From Lingula anatina (Eukaryota; Animalia; Brachiopoda): DNA of 64,000 nt. The position numbers were made by a program, and so were the translations under genes. Of this stretch, positions 60,621 through 64,000 are shown piece by piece (the stretch's first letter is position 1; the number at the start of each line of letters is the position of its first letter). Location of the stretch: positions 9,362,001 to 9,426,000 of the forward strand of contig CM120642.1 in NCBI GenBank assembly GCA_051362555.1. The letters are read 5' to 3'. The notes beneath the pieces were generated by a model. The model was not told where the DNA came from. It did not search any database and saw only the letters and a program-made list of their open reading frames with translations.

Positions 60621-61985
60621 CTGGAATAAAATAGAGAGCATTAGGAAAAATCGGACGAAAAGACGTTGTGACACTGAGGGTGACACCGCAGATTTTTTTT
60701 CATATCTTTGAATTTGTCATGGTGTACGACGTGAATTCCACTTGGAGAAAAGTTGTTGATTTTCCCAAAATAAAGCCTCGTCAAGGCGAAGGGAAAGTCA
60801 CCCATCCGAAACAACATCATCTACCAGTCATTTTAAAATGATGTTCTGGTACTTGCCGCTGAGTGGCTTTCATTTTTATTTCTATTAGGGACAATGACGA
60901 CTTCTGTCCGATCAGCCAGTATTTCAAATTATTTATGGGGACAACCGTAAAATACACAACTGCATAACTATCTGCGTAAACATTTTTATTGACATTGATA
61001 TGATTTGAAGATCGATCTAGAGAAGATGGAAATGCTTCTGTTTTGGATGCTTATTTCCCTACTGGTGGACAACAGTAGTGTTTTTGTTCAATTTATTATT
61101 CAGTTTAGATGCCATTTTTGTTTTTAGAGTACTTTTCAATCTGAATACGACCTATTTACGTGTTTGTGTAAAAAGACTAGTTTTGCATGGTGAGAGTACA
61201 TGCTGATAATTAGTAGTTCTATTCAGCCCTTTTCGCATTGAGTCGTTTCAAACCCTGCGAGTCGAATATCGCATGAAACGATAGGAATTAAAATGTTTTT
61301 CCTCGAAGAAAGCCTAAAAAACTGCATATTATATTATTTGTTGATTATTAATAAATGATATTGCCAGTGTTTCCTAAGCCGCGCAGAATTTGTGATATGC
61401 ACCTCTTGTAATAAATAAATAAATCAGTGGAAAATAACAAGTTTCAGTGATGGTTGACACTGGTTGTTTCTATTGAATTTTTATTACCATGCATCACGCA
61501 TGATGCGGGTTTTAAAGCACAAATCCATATGCACACTATTCATAACAGCTTTTCACTCGCTAAATTGCCTTATCAAACATTTAAAAAAGACACGGTGCTT
61601 CAGAATACACTGTAAAAAAAGGCATTCACCCATCGCGACAGATCGGCGATAAATTATCTTCGGAGAAATCTAAGTAATTTTCATGTCAGGTTACATTCAT
61701 GAAAGTATCAATTTATAGTTCAGCATCAAATTATCTTTTCTCTTTCTCCCTCAAGCAAGAAGAGCGGATATTAATTTCCACGTAACAATGTCATGACTGT
61801 ATCATAAGTGAATTTGTTAATAAGCAGGCTTCCAGTGACTAATTAATCACTGAAATATTTCTAAAAAAGAATCTGAAACCTAGATAATAGTAACAGTAAA
61901 ACGAACACTTTCACTACCACACCTTTTCTTTGGTTAAATATCTTTAAATCTAAATGGTTAAACGGCATGGCTGTGCCGAACTTAC

Positions 61986-62025
61986 CGTTACGGTAGCGCT
62001 GTGCTAACGGCAGCATTTTGAACAT
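61986..62025 (-). CDS. Candidate short upstream coding exon of the Gfi gene (MFKMLPLAQRYRN-), lacking a SNAG motif
   Basis: ATG at 62025, 13 codons plus 1 nt, then a perfect GTAAGT donor; phase 1 matches the acceptor at 60620. No homology support. Confidence 0.4.
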
Positions 62026-64000
62026 GAACGATTGCGTTACAACAAATATAAAGTAAGACTGCCCAGTGAAGAAATAACAAGAGGAATATCTGTAATTTAC
62101 TCTAGCGTGATGAAACCGTCCTCATATTTCCCCTCATTATCGCCAACATCAACGCTTAGCTTTGTCTTTTGTCAAAAGCTTCTTATTCTTAAACGGTTTG
62201 AACATTCTTCATTCATAACTTGTCTTCATTTAGTCGTGGTATGGCGCACAAATAAACAGAAACAGAGCGAGGCGTAACTACCGTTTCAAAATCTGCGGTT
62301 TCACTCTGATCATGAGGTATTCAAAGGCAAAGTAATATTTACATTGCCAAAGTTGTAACTCTTTCTTCTTCCTTTCCGTTCATTCTATTTTGCCGCAGTA
62401 TAAACTACTCAAAGAAAGGACAAGATTCCTCAATTTAGTTGAATGTTTTGTTATGAGGTTTATTAAGATTTGGGGAATGCAGTTATTAAGAAGTTATTAA
62501 GGTAAAGCGAGTAAATCGCGCGAGGATAATTTGTGGGGGAATCAGGCCTTTGTTAGGCGCACGACAAAGCACGCTTCGTCGTTCCATAAATAATCTTCGG
62601 TCAACTATGTATTCAACAAGTGTGTGTTTTCTCAACAGCCCGCCATGTTTGTGTCTTCTTGATACTGTTATCATACACCCGAAGCAAAGCGTATTACTCT
62701 GATTAATGCGTTTGAAGAACCCGCCCGCCTTTTGCACTGTGTTTCCATTACAACAAACTGAGCAAAAATAGGAAAATATCACTGCAACGCAAAAACTTCA
62801 CCCGCACAAAAGAACGGCGCTTTTTCCGGCTTAATTATTTTCCGAATTTATTCGCTGATCGGCGTATGCGGGCGCGCTTAGTGGGGTTTCTTAGCTGAAC
62901 TCTTCAACTCAGCGGTTGTCGAACAATGCCATATGTCTGCATGGGAGATCAAGACATTATTCCGGCGACAACGGATAATTTATAATTCATAATCAGTTCA
63001 GGCCCCCGTGTCAAAAATTAGAAGAGAATTAGTCTTGGGCGAAAACGTTTCCTCAACAACTATTTATGATTATATATCTCATTTCCGACTCTATTAGCTA
63101 TCGACGCCGTAGTTGTGCGGCAACGATTAGGGGTCATTACGTGGAATTATTACTGCCATGTTATAGGCTCTGCAACTGGATAAGAGGCTGAAGGAGAGTG
63201 CTTGCAATTTCCACCCCGAAGAGGTCTCCTCGATGGACCGACTACCTTTCGCTTAATTTCTTACTCTGTCAATCAGCAGAAAAAAAGGGAGCTTCAGTTC
63301 TTGCGTTACTTTTGCATAGTGTTTGCATAGTATTACTTCAACCAGCATCTAGCATGCATATTTTAGGGCATTTCTTTTAAAATTAACCCCCAATCTTAGT
63401 TCGTATCCCTTATGTTGATCTTGGTCGAAAAATTAAACGGGCCTAACACGTTCCTGATAACGGGACTCTCCCTCCGTGAACTCTTTCCGAGACCTAGTGC
63501 TGACATAACAGGCACACATGATGATGTAAACACGGTGTGAGTCATTGAAAGGAGTGTACGGATAGGTTATTAATTCCAATATCTTAATTAGTCCCTGAAA
63601 ACACATCGGCTAAGTGAAGAGGCGTGTACATCATAAATCACCTTGAACAAGGGAGGGCTTTCCGTTTTTATATATTTCAAATCTCCCCTTTCCTTCCCAT
63701 GCGTAATTCATCTCGGTTTTCAGATGACGATATGTGAATGTAGATTAAGTTATTTTTTATTTCCTTGTTTTTAACATCGACATTATATAACTTCATACGA
63801 ATGCATGCACAACATTTCCTGATCAATTAACCAACTGTACTTACATTCAGTACAACATAATGCACTAAACTTGGTGCTCTCCGAGGCTACTACTTGGTAA
63901 ACCTAGGCTTCAACGGACCATCCAAATTACGCTCACTTTACGCACGCGTCCGCAATTCATTTTTAAAGTCTAGCACGCGACCCCGAGCGTCCTGCAGTCT

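Noticed and set aside
63845-64000. GTAAGT donor at ~63844 (-) as the Gfi first coding exon
   Set aside because: The phase-compatible frame has an upstream stop and no ATG or SNAG motif; at most a non-coding exon.
42000-64000. Gfi autoregulatory AAATCAC sites and a miR-9 site as in Drosophila senseless
   Set aside because: Only partial AAATCAC matches, as expected by chance in AT-rich DNA; I found no ACCAAAG in the putative 3' UTR.

Overview
AT-rich, intron-containing animal genomic DNA, probably an invertebrate bilaterian (a lophotrochozoan or mollusc is my guess from repeat types and protein divergence; not established). Splicing exons by hand (GT-AG, phase-consistent) gives five genes: the 3' part of GTF3C5 (+); complete TMCO1 (-); a complete 313-aa SNX17/27/31-type FERM-like protein with no PX or PDZ domain, head-to-head with TMCO1 (+); RPAP2 (+), whose last intron is ~16.9 kb; and a six-zinc-finger GFI1/Senseless gene (-) with no SNAG exon in the window. 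In humans GTF3C5 neighbours GFI1B and RPAP2 neighbours GFI1, so the window looks like the unduplicated ancestral Gfi block. Repeats include a Helentron-type (HINE) element with nested tandem arrays, a Harbinger-like MITE, a hAT-like MITE, one P-like element end plus a matching probable excision footprint, and microsatellites. No prokaryotic genes, CRISPR arrays, rRNA or tRNA were seen. All identifications come from recalled homology, not database searches.
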